This document shows positions 15,571-34,444 of a stretch of DNA of 64,000 nucleotides, one piece after another. The notes below the pieces were generated by a model, which saw nothing but the letters and a program-made list of their open reading frames with translations, was not told the DNA's origin and did no database searches. A program made the translations under genes and the position numbers. Origin of the DNA: the human T2T-CHM13v2.0 reference genome, Homo sapiens; NCBI RefSeq assembly GCF_009914755.1, contig NC_060933.1; one strand, 5' to 3'. Numbering within the stretch: position 1 is the first letter of the stretch; every line of letters begins with the position of its first letter.

Positions 15571-16649
15571 TATTCTACAACTCTTACAGTTTAAAATTAG
15601 TTGATAGCAGACATTAAATGGTAGAAGCAAGAAAAGAATGATGTATGTTGTAATAGTAGTAGAGGGAAATATGGGAGCATAACTGGGGGCCTGTTCCAAG
15701 ACTAAGGATAAAGAAAGCTCTCCTTGATGGTGTCATACCAGTAATACTTTGCTGAGAAGATAAGATATCAAAGAGACAAATTAATTTCTGATAACTTTTC
15801 CAAATGGACTCTAGTTCAAACCAGAAATTCCCTAGTGTATGTCTTTACTAAATTGGGAGAAGTAGAGCTTATATGCCCCTATTTGGCGAACTTGCCGTAA
15901 CCTAAATTGTGATCTGGGGTACATTTTGAAACCGTAAACACTTTTCTTCTAGGATTATGTTTATCCCTTCCAAGAATCATTATAGAAAATGAGAGATGTA
16001 AATGATGGGGTTATGTTGTGTTTGTGAATGATATTGAGGCAGAATAAAAATAAAAGAGAACAAACTGAGATGTGCTAACCTAATAATTGGCTTACTTTTC
16101 CTTGTGTTTAGTCTGTTTTTTGTCATTTCTTTCTCTAGATTGAATATCATTTTTCTTTTATTTTTGTTTCTCAGAGATTACCTTGGGGAGTGTGGGAGTA
16201 GGGGGCTTCACTGATACTTAAGTTGATTCTCACTTTGAAATTGTACCTCCCACTGTAATATTTTAATTTTGTAGTTGTTTTAGATGCTTGTAGTTGTTCA
16301 TACAGTTTTCATTAGTATCCTCAACTAGACTCAATTTGAAAATATTCTTCTTATTTATTTATTCTTTATAAATTTTGTCTACAGTTAGTAGACATTACAA
16401 TTGTTTTGGTGGCTGTATGTAGTTATTTTAAAAAACAAAGTCTTTTATAATTCCATCTCCCAGAGGCAAATACTGTGAACATTTTGAATATTTCACTTTT
16501 AAAAATGCATCTTAACATATTTGTTAGCACACTAGTATTTTTCACTTTAACATTATATTTTAAAAAATCATAACATATAACTATTTTAGATGGTCATATA
16601 ATTTATTTTTCTACTGTTGGTTATATATGTTATTTGTTTTACTATTGTA

Positions 16650-16666
16650 AATAAAGCTGCAATAAA
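16650..16666 (+). terminator. Tandem AATAAA signals, candidate poly(A) site of a truncated CNTLN isoform
   Basis: AATAAA at 16650-16655 and 16661-16666 in an ancient antisense L1 relic; use inferred. Confidence 0.5.
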
Positions 16667-16725
16667 CATTTCTTTGTCAGTTCAGACTATTACTATTCAT
16701 TATAGTGTACTGACTACACATATGT

Positions 16726-16763
<38 letters not shown>

Positions 16764-16840
16764 ACACACACTGACCTATCCACCCAGGGAAGACTTCCTT
16801 TTATGAAGCTATAACATCATATTAACCATATGCAATTCAC

Positions 16841-17136
16841 TTTTTTTTTTTTTTGACAGTGTCTCACTCTGTTGCCTAGGCTGGAGTGCAGTGGCACGAT
16901 CTCGACTCACTGCAACCTCTGCCTCCCAGGCTTCAAGCAATTCCCCCACCTTAGCCTCCCCAGTAGCTGGGACTACAGGCACGTGCCACCACACTCAGCT
17001 AATTTTTGTACTTTTCGATAGAGACTGAGTTTCACCATGTTGACTAGGCTGGTCTCGAACTCCTTACCTCAGGTGATCCATCCGCTTCAGCCTCCCAAAG
17101 TGCTGGGATTATAGGTGTGAGCCACTGTGCCTGGCC
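16841..17136 (-). mobile_element. Alu (S-type)
   Basis: TSD CAATTCACTTTT on both sides. Confidence 0.93.
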
Positions 17137-17604
17137 CAATTCACTTTTAATTAGTTCGTACATAACATACCCTTTTAAAATTATGCCATAATAAGAATGT
17201 ACGGGGGTCATGGATTCTAAGGGGACCTGCCTACTACATGATCAGTAAACGTTAAGTTACTGAAACTTGAGACATTGCATGCTATGATGTCCCACTTTGG
17301 ATAATGCAATTTAAAAATCATAATTGTATTTTAAAACTTTATGGCGATGTTTCTATTTTAATTTAAATATTACTCTAGTCCATTTAATGTTTGACTTTGG
17401 GTGGATGAATGGTTCTGCAGTGGTGAAAAATGTGGAGAAACAAAATACAAGTGAGAAGTCCTTCCAGTTAGATCACAGTTATAAAGACAGAATGTAAAAT
17501 TGTACTATAAGCCAGGGAGAATCTGAGTTTCCATTTACACAAATTATTTTAGAAATGTTTTATGTAAATCGAGATAAAAATGTAAATTGCTCCTAGTAAC
17601 CATA

Positions 17605-17830
17605 TAATAATAATAGTTAACATTTTTTAGCTTATTGTGTATCAGGCACTGGCGATAGGGCTTTTGCCTGATTGTTTAAGCCTCGCACCAACCTGATGTG
17701 GTATTGTTATTTTTATCCCTGTTTGTAGATCAGGTAACTGAAGCTTAGAGTGTTGTCTAAAGTCAAACAGCTACCTGTGTAGAATTCAGATCTAGGTAAT
17801 CTTGGGTCCAGAATGCAATTCTTAAACTTT
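17605..17830 (-). mobile_element. MIR
   Basis: Degenerate core (TATCCCTGTTTGTAGATCAGGTAACTGAAGCTTAGAG). Confidence 0.55.
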
Positions 17831-19265
17831 ATTATAAAGCCAACAGTATAGTTCAGTTTTAAATGGAAAGGTGAGGTCTTATCCCTAAAAGCCTCGGTAA
17901 ACAGATTCTACAAACTTGCATTATCCATTCTCATCCAAATTTTTTCAACACTTAATAATTTCTAATGTTGGAATATTTATCCTGATATCTAAGTTAAATG
18001 TTATTCAGAAGATTTCATTGCTCTCTTTTTGGTGACCAGAGTATAGCAGTTACCTTTCTCTGTGAAAAGGGCTTCCATCATTTTTCTCTGGCCATTGTTT
18101 CTCCTGATTGTATCCATTTGGTTTCTTTTATCTTGCTATTACATCACACTTTTTAACTTTTTGAGCTTCTGAAGATTTTTTACTAACGCTTTTTTTTTCT
18201 CCTCAAAAATGTAGTAGTTGTGTAGTGCAGGATTTTAAAATTTGTGAATGATCACATTGCCTTATTTGTCAGGTGTGTTATTGTTCATACTTTAGTGTTC
18301 ATTTATGTCAGATTATTCATTCTTATTCTAGAGCATTATATGTATTGTCTTTATTCCTTGTCTACACATATTTTTAGATTGTTTTCTAATTTGAATAATC
18401 TTGCAATAATGAGATGAAATTATTTATTCAAAATTTCAAACATTTTCACATAGATTCATTTTAATATTTTCGAATAATAATTGGGATTTAGCTCTAAGAC
18501 TCAGGTGAGTTGAATTAAAAGTATTACACTAACAATTTGTCTTCAATTCTTATTAAACTTCTTTAAGAATCAGATCTTAGTTTACTGTTTCTAATGAAGT
18601 TTGTTTCCTCTGTTCTCTTTCTCTCAATTCTTCACCCCTTTTTCTTGCCCTTACATTACCCATTCTTTCTCTCATTTATTAAGTAGATCTGTATCATAAT
18701 ATCTGTTTAATTATCTGAAAAGATGAAAACAGTTGTCCCAGGTGGTAGGATGTGGGAATTGAGGAGGGGAGACAAAGGTGAAGAAAGAAAACTGAAAAAA
18801 GTTTTGAGCACAGAGGTGAGTCATATTGTCCCAGAGCTCTCCGTAACAAATCATCAGTCTCATATACAAGTCTACCAGTCATATAGTGTGGAAGGCTTTT
18901 CTAGGAGAAAAACACCTATCAAGATAAATAAAAGTAATCTAATGTGTTCTCTTCCTCTGAGCATGTAGCCGTTCATACAATTTTTAATATTTTTATATCT
19001 GCACCTTTATATATGTGTATGAATTAAATATTGATAAGGAATTATATCAGCATTTATGATTTCTAGACCATCCAACATGGTTGGGGTACTAACATGTATT
19101 TTATAACTTTTTGGTCTATTTAGTGACAATATTACTCAAACTATTAACTAGGAAAATAAGGAGTTAGCATATTAAATTACATGTTAAATTAGTGTTGTCA
19201 TTTTTGGCTATAAATAGTACAGTTTTCACTTGAAGAATTTATTGTTTCAGTCAGTGTTGCAAATA

Positions 19266-19603
19266 CAGTTGGCACTCTGTATCCATAGGGCATATCCCCA
19301 TTCACAGATTCAACCAACCTTGAATTGAAAATATTTGGGAAAAAAATGAAAAATAGCAATACAACAATAAAAATTAATAAGAAAAAGTATAACAACTATT
19401 TACATAGTGTTTACATTGTAAACACTGGGTAGATTCCATCTCATTCTTATAAGTAATCCGGAGATGGTTTAAAGTATACAGGAGGATGTACATAGGTTAT
19501 AAGCAAATACTGTGCCATTTTATACAAGGGACTTGTGCATTTGCAGATTTTTTTTATTCACTTGGGTCCTGGAAACAATATTGTGGATAATGAGGGAATG
19601 CTG
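19266..19603. mobile_element. MER2 DNA transposon
   Basis: TA|CAGTTGGC...ATGCTG|TA termini; paralogous to 11677-12014. Confidence 0.78.
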
Positions 19604-20707
19604 TAGTATATTTACTAGATTTGGATGATTTCAATTCTTAAACAAATTAGTATCAGTGGATAACAGAGCATATACATTTTCAAAATTGTTAAGATATATA
19701 AAATATCATTTAGTTCTTTAACACTAATAAAATATTCGAAAAGGCGTTCTTCAGTCTAAGCCCCTGAAAATTAAAGGAGTTGGAGGTTGAGGTCTTATTT
19801 CTAACTTGCTTTCTGTCCCCTGGAGATCCTTTTAACCTTTTTCACTTAATTTCTTCAACAGAAAATAGCATGAAGAATAGTAAGGATAGTATATTGCTTA
19901 TGAATTATAATGATTGATACTTCTAAAGCATATAATGTAATACGTGGTTACATTTTTATAGGCCAGAATCTTACAAAAAAATTCTTATCCATTCGAGCTT
20001 TTTGGATTATTAGAGGAAAGAAGTTATAGAGAAAAGAGCCTCTCTGAAAACTGTTGTAAGGAATCTTATTGCTAATAGGGAAAAAGATAACTCAGTATGC
20101 CTAAAGCAATGCAGATGAATGAATTTATCATATTGCCTAATTTACTCACTTGAGCACTGTTTTTTTTTTTTTAAACTCTACTCTTATTAATGGAATGAGA
20201 ATAAGATGGAATCTACCCAGGGCACTGGAACATCCTAAGCTTTTGCCTTCTTGCAGGATCTCCTAGAGAATTAAACATTTGATTACCCTGAGGTCTTGTC
20301 ACCAAAAAACACTTTAGAAATAAAGCTAGATTTAACCTTGTTGAAGGCTGTTTTAACCAAGTTTACTGCTGGACTGAGGCCTAGAGTTAAAAATGGCTGG
20401 AGGACTATCTTTGCTTCCTGTACTCTAAGTTCACAACTGAGTGATCTCATTACTATTAAATACATGAAATCCAGTCAGCCAACAAAGAAAACAGGCAAGT
20501 AGGAGATGTATATTTGGAGTAAGCTAAGGAATAAGATAAGAATTTTTCCCAAAACCTAGAGCAAAGCTGACCTAATTTGTTCTGGGCTTTCTCAGTTCTT
20601 TTTCACCTGCTGCTTGGAAGGATGGATATTCAGTGCAAGACATAGAGTTTTTCCCAGTGTAGTCTTACACACCTAGTCATATCACATCAAGTCAGGGCAA
20701 CTTCTGA

Positions 20708-21086
<379 letters not shown>

Positions 21087-21906
21087 AGTGCTCTATTTTA
21101 TGAAGCAAGGCAGAAGTTAGATGAGAGGAGATAAATTAAGATAGAGCCTTCTTCCATGAATGAATCGGCCTAAAGCCTTATATTTGTGGAAGAAGGTCCC
21201 AAGATGTGACACCCAAGAGTAGGGTATACCACATCCTTGGCACTAGTGGCCAGTAAATTGGTCCTCGATCCTGACCATACCCTAGCATCATGCCTGTACC
21301 TTGGTCATTAGGATAGAAGGTATGTAGTTTTCTTTGTCAGCACTTATCAGTGTCCATGAGATTCTCAAATATTTGAAATATGTGAATTCTTTAATAATAT
21401 GTTCTATTATTTACCTCAGAGGGATTAATTTGTACTGATTGGGTAAATATTGGTTAGTGTAAATAATGCACCCGAGATTAGAAAGTGGTTAAATATTCAT
21501 TGAAAAAATGACTATGCAGTGAAGAGAAGACCGTCACTCATCATAGCTTCAACTTTCCCTAGCCAGGTTAGCTCTTGTGTCCAGGGTTTGCTTTTTTCTT
21601 TTCTACCCTAAACCCAGTTATGAGAGCAGCAGCACAGTACAAGTAGGCACGCTGAACTCTTCATTGTCCCTTTAAGCTGTCAGGTTCCTACTCTTTCTTG
21701 CCTCCTAGAATATTTGATGGTATCAGCTGTGGAAATGACATTGGACATGCTCCTTGGTATAAAGGTAATGAGAAGGGAAAGTATAAATTGATGTTCTAAA
21801 TTTTTTTATAAATCATATAGGCAATACTTTCTTTTAAAAGATTGCCTAGACTTTGGCAATAAAGTGAAGTGGATTATTTTAAATATCTCCACAATAATAT
21901 CGATAG

Positions 21907-22223
<317 letters not shown>

Positions 22224-22609
22224 TAAAATAAAAGATAAAAGGTATATTGAGCTAATTATATGCCAGTGGAGTGGAACTTTGGAGGGTCTTATTTTTGTGA
22301 CAAAATTATGTTTCAGGAGATGTATTAATGAAAGGTTTTACAAGCCTTTTTAAATTTTAAATTTAAAAAACGGAGGTAAACATGCATACAGAAATGTACA
22401 CAAATCCTAGGTTTCTAGATGAACTAAAGCTTTACAATCTTTTATGTATGTAAGTTTCTTCCCATGAGGCAAGGCAAACTGATGGAAGATGTTCGTATCT
22501 TTAAGTAAATGAGCAAACCTAAAAACTTACCGTAGCTGTATATAATTTTGAGATTTTTACATTTGAGGGTTTTGCTCTTATTGTAAGATTTTACTGTTAG
22601 CCTTTAAAA

Positions 22610-22610
<1 letters not shown>

Positions 22611-22652
<42 letters not shown>
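22611..22652 (+). repeat. (CA)21 microsatellite
   Basis: Read directly. Confidence 0.95.
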
Positions 22653-22653
<1 letters not shown>

Positions 22654-23690
22654 TTTCGTTCTTAGGTCACTTTTCTAGTGTCAGCCACAGATATACATAC
22701 AGATTATGTATGTAAATCAACTACCAGAGATTGGATTATATCTCATTAAATCACAATTATACATTAGGATCAAGTTCACAAGTTCTGGAGGCATACCATT
22801 GTTAACCTTATATTACTGTCTGTATGATAGCACTTATATGTCATGTTATCTCATAGTTTTAATAAACTTAAATTTATTTAATGCATATTGCCTTGACTTA
22901 AAAAGGTTTTAAAGTTATTAATAAGTCTTCAAAATATTGCTTCTATTTTTTCACAGTTTAAGGTTTTCAGTAACTCCCTGTTGTCTGCAGAACAAATCCA
23001 TCCTCTTAATCCAGTATTGAAGAGCCTTTACATTCTTTCTACAGCCTTACTGCTTGACTTTGTCTCTTACTATTCCTCTGTTCCTCCTAGCAGTAGATAC
23101 TAAATTATACTTAATAAGAATGTAGAATTCAACATTAATTAACTGTTAATGAAATACTCCTGATTTTGTTTTCTTTCAAATGTATATGTTAAGTCCGATT
23201 AAACTGATATACCTTGTGCTCCTTTCTGTCCTTTCCTATCGTTGTACATAATTTTTTTTCACATTTCTTCTATCTTTAGAATGACTTTTTGTTTTTGGTC
23301 AATTCCAATTATATTGTCATGGTTCATTTCAGGTCCTTTTTCATAATTCCCTCCATGATTAATACAGCTAGCTTAAAGTATTTTCTTCCTCAGAAATTTG
23401 GCATTCTTTTCCTATATTACACTGGCTAATAATACATATTGCCTTTTTAACATATTTTCTAGTTTTTATCACATTTTAAATGTTAAAAAATTAAATATTA
23501 AACATATTATTATATAATTTAGTTATTTTTTTGTGTTTATATCTTCTTTCTCTCTGAGACTATTAAAATAACCTGAGGGCAAGAACTGTGTTTATACAGT
23601 TCATATATATATACACACACACACACACAGACACACAGACACATAGTTTTATTGATTATTAATATAATTTGGATATATTTTTTGAAACAG

Positions 23691-23885
23691 CTTTACAATG
23701 AGTTACATATTTGTTTTGAAACCACAAAATCAAATGAAGCTATGCTCCGGCAAAGTGTTACTAATCTTCAGGATCAGCTATTACAAAAAGAGCAAGAAAA
23801 TGCTAAGTTAAAAGAAAAACTTCAGGAATCACAGGGAGCACCTCTTCCTTTACCTCAAGAAAGTGATCCAGACTACTCAGCACAG
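23691..23885 (+). CDS. CNTLN: Centlein coding exon (195 nt, phase 0->0): LYNELHICFETT...DPDYSAQ
   Basis: tttgaaacAG acceptor, CAG|GTGAGA donor; in frame with neighbours. Confidence 0.93.
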
Positions 23886-25646
23886 GTGAGAGACATTTTC
23901 TAAAACTGTTATTCAGTGTAATATTAAATGAAATCATCTCCTACAATTGACTAAAACATAAAAATTTAAACATATTTGCATTTATTGGAGTATAAGAAGT
24001 GTGCAGATAGTTTTGCATTATACTGTTTTTATACTGTTTGTAGGCATGAGTATTACATACAATACAAATTTATATAGAAGTGCATGTAGAAGTACAGGGT
24101 CTAGCAAATATAGTTATCGTGATGAAACATTTGGCTGATACACATTATTGAAAAGCAAATTAATAGGTCATGCCCATTTTGAGACTTTTTAACTGAATGA
24201 GCTAATGGAATAGAAAGTATCTAACAGTAAGTTTCATAAAGTACTTGCCATAATGCCTGGTATTCGGTACTCAGTATCCAATAGTCCTAATTCTACCACT
24301 ACCTTGATACATGATTTTGGACAGGTCATGTAACCTTTCTTACTATTTCCTGTGGTAAATGAAGGTAGTATAAATGTATAGATAAATATGTAGGATCTGG
24401 TTGCAGAGCTTAGCATATAGAAAATGTTAAGTGGTACCTTTTTAGATAGTCTTCAGGGCAACTTTCAACTCTAAACATCTTTAAAAAAATCTCTGTGAAT
24501 TTATTTAAGTGTTTTTAAGGCACTCATAGCTTTTCTTTAAATTTTATAATGTATTAATTCAGTAATGGATTGTAATTTTTGAACGCAGCACATTTGTCTT
24601 GCTAATTAACCTTATGACAACAATTTTTAAAATTGTACCATATTGTATGCATTTTTTGGACTTCAGGCATACAATATTGGATCAATGATAAAATTTGTGT
24701 TATGACATACTATTGTATGCATATGACAATTTAATTTAATGGCTTTGTTTAGTTCTTTATTATAATAAACACCCTTGGTTCAACCAACTTATCCAAAGAC
24801 TAGATCATTACAAATGGCTTACATCCACTTGTATGTGCTTTGATTCTCTTACAAGAGGTAACCACCAAACTTCTTATCATTTTGATTTTTTTAAACAGTT
24901 TTATCATATACAAATTTATGAGGAAACAGTTTATTGTTTAGTCATTCAAAAAAATGATATAATGTGTTGTTTATGGGGTTAGGCAATTTTGACTCATCAT
25001 TATGTTACTAAGATTTATCCGTGTTTTTTGATATAGGTGTTTGTTTTCACTGTTTAAAAACGTTCTATTATATGTGAGTATATCATAACTATTTTTACAT
25101 GTATCTCTAGATGAGAACTTTGGTTATTTCCATTTTTACTGTTATGGATAATATTACTGTTGACATTTTCGCACATGTTTCTTGACGTACACGTTCATGC
25201 ATCTTCGTGGGTTATATATCTAGGAGTAGAAATCCTGGACTATAAAGTGTGAAAATGTTACTTTTAGGTGATACTGATCACCTGTTTTTCAAAGTGGTTT
25301 TATCAGTTTTACTACCACCAGCAATATAAAAGAGATCTGGTTGTTTCCTGTCCTACTCAACACTTGGTGTTGTCAGACTTCTTAATTCATTACCAATTGA
25401 ATGAGTATAAAATAATATTTTATTTTGTTTTTTATGTGCATATCACTGACTAGCCAGTATGTGTCTTCTTTTGTGAACTATCTGTTTATGTCTTTTTTGT
25501 TCAATCTTCTATTGGATTTTTTCTTACTGATTTTCAAAAGCTCTTTATATATTCTTAATATTAATCCCTAGTAAGTTAATATATGGCAGATATCTCACTG
25601 TGTACTTGTCTTTTCTTTTGATTTTCTTCAAGATGTCATCTGATGA

Positions 25647-26100
<454 letters not shown>

Positions 26101-26161
26101 TAAGGCAGAAGATCCCAATCAAACTCCCAGGAGGCTTTTTCTGTTATTTTAAGAAATTGAC

Positions 26162-26564
<403 letters not shown>

Positions 26565-26954
26565 TTAAGACTTATTTATTGAGCTAAAATATCAAGACAG
26601 TATGGTGTTAGTATAATAATTGACAAAATAGTCAATAGAACAAAGTCCAGATATATGCCTGTTCATATATGTAGCTTTATAGTAACTTTTGAAATGAGGG
26701 TAATGTAAGTTACTTTATTCTTTTTCAAGAATATTCTGTATGTTCTTGCTCCTTTGCTTTTTTGTAGTAATTTTACTATGAGCTCCTCAATTTCTACAAA
26801 TAAGCATTCGTTTAGAAATGTTTCTGATTTTCCTTTGGATTTTCTATTTGCTGAGTTTAAGTGTCTTGTTTACTTTTGAAATATTTTTGTGTATGTGTGT
26901 TTCCTGTTTTATTGTTACTGACTTCTAATCTACTTCCATTGTGGTCACAGGTAG

Positions 26955-27302
<348 letters not shown>

Positions 27303-28263
27303 TGTATTTTGATATTTATTGAGACTTGTCATAAAGCCAAGCATATTGTTTTGGTGAAAGTACTATATGTACCTGAGAATAATTTGTATTTTGCAACTAC
27401 TGGGCAGAGTGCTCCTTAAATATCAATATTAATTATGTCATTGCACTTGATAGTATTCAGATCTTTTATGTCTTTAATGATTGTGTTTTGTTTTTCTATC
27501 AATTGCTTTAGAAAGGAGTGTTAAAATCTCTCACGTAATTGTAGATTTTTGTTTCTCCTTTGAGTTTTCTCAATTTTTGCTTCATGGGTTTTAAAGCTGT
27601 TTTATTAGTTGTATGCATATTTATGATTGTTATGTCTTTCTGATAAATGGAACCCTTTCTCATTATAAAATGTCATTTTTAACTATAATATTTTGTTGGC
27701 TTGAAATGTACCTTTATGATGTCAGTATAGCCAATTCTTCCCTTTAATGGTTATATTTTGCATAGTATAACTTTCTCATTCTTTTAATTTCAGCACATAG
27801 GTTACTGTATATTTAAAGCGTATATATTCGGATCCTGTTGTTTATAATCCATTCTGACAATTTCTTCCTTTTCATTGCAGTGTTAATCCATTGAATTGTA
27901 ACATAATTATAATATGATTGGGTTTAGGTGTACCATATTATCATTTGTTTTCTGTTCATCCTGTTTTTCGTTTCTCTGCCTCTCTTTTTCTTCCTTCCTT
28001 TTGGATTAATTAACTGGCTTTTTTTTTAATCTAAAAGTTTTACTCTTCTATCCTCTAGACCCACAGTTTCTGATGGTAATTCAGTGGAACTCATTTCATT
28101 ATTCACTTAAACGTAATGTGTCAGTTTTGTCCGGCTTTCCTTTTTTCCCCAAGATTTTAACTTTTGACTCTTAGCATTTAAACTATGATGTTCCCAAGCT
28201 TGATTTTCATTATAGTCATCCGTCTTGTGGTTTGCTGAGCTTCTTGATTTTCATAATTTTTAA

Positions 28264-28634
<371 letters not shown>

Positions 28635-31013
28635 AGCTCTGTTAATTATTTAAAAATTGTTTTATATCTATATTATTCAGATTAGATAGTTTCTATTACT
28701 TTATATTCAGTTTAACTGAAATTTCTGTTATGCCCAACTTGCTCTTAAGTCTTTTATGTGAATTATTCTGCAAATATAAGTCCTTGTTATAGTAGTTAAA
28801 ATAGCTCCTTTAAAATCCGTATTTTCCTTCTCTATTGGGTCTTCTTTGGTTTGATCACTATTGTTTTCCCTTTTCTTTTGAATATGGGTCATACTTTGTT
28901 TCTTCTAACTTGGAATTATATGGTGTATATTGTAAAATATATGTTATAGAGACTCTGGTTTCTGTTGTATTACTCATGGAAGTGTTGAAATAAATATATG
29001 AATCAGAATTTTAATTAGGTCAGATTTAAATTCCAAGCCCTGCGTCCCAACAGGTGGGTGGCAGTGAATTGCTTTTCGGTTATCTTAACCTTATTCAGAT
29101 TGCTTAGAGGTCTGCTTAGTGCATGAACAGTTCAGTTATGAGTTCATAGTTTTGACTCTCTCTTTTCTGGAACTTTTCCCCTCAATTTGTAGCTGCAGAG
29201 GTATGACTGAACTTCCAAAGTTTCTGTTGGAATTTTAGTCTCCTAACGTTATTTCTGTTGTGGGCCTTGCTAAGGTAAAAATTCATCAGAATGGGTAACT
29301 TAGCCAATGCTGTTCCATTTTCCAACTATCAGTTCTTATCTAGATTCTGCCTACATTTGATCATTCTCTGTTGCCTTCAGGTAGTTGTTTATAATTTGCT
29401 TGGAGTTTAAATGGTCGTGTGTGGTAGATTTATTCTGATAGGATCTACTCTGTCATTATTGTAAATGGAACTTCCCAATCTTTGACTTTTTAAAGACTAT
29501 TTTAACTGATTTTTTAAATCATTTTCTATACAATGCAGTGAACTTAATAGACTATAACTTGTAGATCTTATCACCAATTATTGTTATTGTCTTGCATTTT
29601 AATTATACATCTATTTTACCCCATAAAATATTATTGTTGTAAAAAATCAATTTCATTTAGAATTTTTACACTTTTTAATCCCTTTATTCTTTTGTGCAAT
29701 TCTGTATTTCCCACTAGGATCTTTTGCCTTTTGCCTTAAGCACTCCTTTTAGTATTTATTTTATTGGGCATCATCTCACAGTGAATTCTCTCATTTTGTA
29801 TTTTTTGGATAATGTCTTTCTTTTGCCTTTATTTCTGAACAGTATTTTTTAGATGGATAGAACTGTTGATTTGCACCATCTTTTCTGTCTTTATTTTAAA
29901 GATGATATACGTTGTTTTCTGTATTTTGTATTGAGAAGGCATGTCTCTTATTGTGGCAACTTTAACAGTAGTGTGTCCTTTTTGTGTTTACTTTTTATAG
30001 CTTCTCTTTATTTTTGGTTTCTAGCAGTTTTTATATGATTTCAATGTGGTAGTGTTTCTCCTTTTCCTGGTTTTTCAGTTTTTAAAGCTTTTGTCAGCCA
30101 TGGCCTGTGGCTTTGGTTTTCTTCATTCTTAGAAAATTTGTGGTAAAAATGTCTTCAAATATGACTTCTGCACATTCTTTCTCTCCTGTCCTTGTGAGAT
30201 TCCAATTACACACATATTAGACCTTTTCACTGTATTCCATATATATTTTGAGCTCTTTTTTGTATCTTCAAATATTTTTTTCTGTTTGCTTGAACCTTGA
30301 TGTTTCCTTGAGTTCACACATTCTCTTTTCTGTTGTGGTTACTCTGATGTTTTACCCATCTATATTGAATTCTTGAATAGAATATGTATCCTACTTTTGT
30401 GGGTAGAATATTCTATAAATGTCATTTAGGTCAAGTTTCTTGATATTGTTGTTTAGGTCTTTATCTGTATAGATTTTCTCTACCTATTCTATCAATTACT
30501 AAGAGAGATGTTGAATTTTTCCAACCATACTTGTAGGTTTGTCTATTTCTCCTTTCTGTTCTATTCAGGTCTGATTGGCTTGTAATGTTCTTCCAGTCTT
30601 CTGTTTCCATGCTGATCTTCTGTCTAGTTTTTTTCCCCATCATTATTGTTTAATTGTCTTTTTTTCTCTTTAATTCTATCAGGTTTTGCTTCATGTATTT
30701 TGGGGTTCTTTTGTTAAGTGCATGTATTTTTATAATTGTTATCTCTTTTTGATGAATCGATTCTTTTATCATTATAAAATGTCCTTTACCTTTAGTGGCA
30801 ATTTTTGTCTTAAAGTCTATTTTGTCTGATATTAATATAGCCACCACAGCTTCCTTTTGGTAACTGTTTGCATGTTGTATCGTTTTCCATACTTTTACAT
30901 TCAATATATGTGCCTTTTAATCTAAAACGTTTCTCTTGTAGACACCATATAGTTGAATTATGATTTTAAAATTTATTCTGTCTTAAATTCCACCTATAAT
31001 TTGAGGGCTTAAT

Positions 31014-31240
31014 GTATGCTCTTTAACTTAGGATGGGGCTATGTCCTGATAAACCTATTGTAAGTTGAAAATATTGCAAGTTGAAAGTGCATTTTTGACA
31101 TAATATTTTCAGCTTATAATTGGTTTATCTGGTTGTAGCCATATCATAAGTCAAGGAGTGTACTGAATGCATATTGCTTTCACACCATTGTAAAGTTGAA
31201 AAATCATAAGGTAAACCATTTTAAGTCAAGGGCTGTCTGT
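31014..31240. mobile_element. Short MER47-family Tigger element
   Basis: Paralogous to both ends of 61875-62864. Confidence 0.65.
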
Positions 31241-32019
31241 ATTGGTAAGGTAAGATATAAATCTGCAATTTTCTTATTTTTAATATGTGTTATGTCTGTT
31301 TTGTTCCTCTTTTCCTCTATTACTGCCTTTTTTTGTAATATTTTCTAGTGTGATATTTTAATCCCTTTGTTTTTCTTTTACTATATATTTTTCAGTTATT
31401 TCCTTAGTGCTTACCCTGGGGGGGATTATAACTAACAATTTACAGCAATCTCATAGAAATTCATGTGAACTTAATGTCAATACATAACATTGCTCCTGTG
31501 TACGTTTGTTTCTCCCCCTGCCCTTTATGCTTTTATTGTCACAAATTACATCTTTATATATTGTATGCCCATCAGTACAGATTTATAATTTTTTAAATGC
31601 AATTGTCTTAAACCAGACAGAAGAAAAAAGTGTTGTTTTTTTTTCTTAATGTTGAGAAGATATCATGTCGTTATCATTGGGTTTGCATAATTTTTGGTGA
31701 GAAATCTGATGTAATTTTATTATTGTTCCTTTGTATATGTCATACATATGTGGAGTTTGAAAATCGTGTGAATGAATAATAGATGGATACTGTTTAGCAT
31801 GTTTCTCTGAATAAGAATCTTTGTGTAGCTAGTGAGGTGACCTCAAAATACGTACATTTTATGGACAGTTTAAATAATGGCTCTCATGTTATATGGAAGA
31901 TACAGACAGGTAAATAGATAAATAGAAAATTTGAAAGTATATTTTTCTGTAAAATTTATAGTAAAATGCAGGAATCATACTGTTAACTACAACTCTCCAT
32001 CAATTAATATATCTAAATA

Positions 32020-33800
<1,781 letters not shown>

Positions 33801-33839
33801 AGTGAGGATAGTCTGGCTAAGTACTTCTTGTAATCTACA

Positions 33840-33965
33840 TCCAAGCATCCTAGGGTGGGAGTAGTTATTATCCTAATTCAGTACGTCTGGGCTGGGGCCT
33901 GAGATTCTGCATTTCTGTCACGTTCCAGGTCAGGCTGATGGAGCTGGTCTAGCGATCATACTTTA
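33840..33965. mobile_element. MER5A (hAT-Charlie) fragment
   Basis: TCTGGGCTGGGGCCTGAGATTCTGCATTTCT. Confidence 0.65.
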
Positions 33966-34109
33966 ATGATTAATAGGAGACTAAGTGGAAAGTGAAATAT
34001 ACAGTCGAGGGGAAATGGTAGAAAGGTTTTATTTCATTTTTTTCTATCTGTAAATTTGTAAATACTTCTAGTGGGACTTTTTTGTGCAGGATTTTGGGGG
34101 TGTTATTTA

Positions 34110-34335
34110 CAGAGTAATGGATAAAAACATAGATTCTAGAGTCTGAATGCATGGATTTGGAACATAGACTTGATCACTTAATTGTGTGACCTTGGGCAAG
34201 TTACTTCTCTGTCAACTCAGTTTCAACATTTATAAAATGGGTATTATAATAGTACTTACCTCATTAGAGTTTCATTAAGATTACACAAGACAATGAATGG
34301 TGGGCATTTAGAGTAATAAATGTTAGCTCTTAATT
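34110..34335 (+). mobile_element. MIR
   Basis: Core TGTGTGACCTTGGGCAAGTTACTT...TAAAATGGG. Confidence 0.8.
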
Positions 34336-34444
34336 TATTATACAGGGAAGAGACTTGTTAGTAAATTGAGATTTTTTTTTTCTTATATTGGTGGGGATTT
34401 ATCTTTCCTTTCTCCTATCTCAACTTGTAATCCAAATTATTGGT

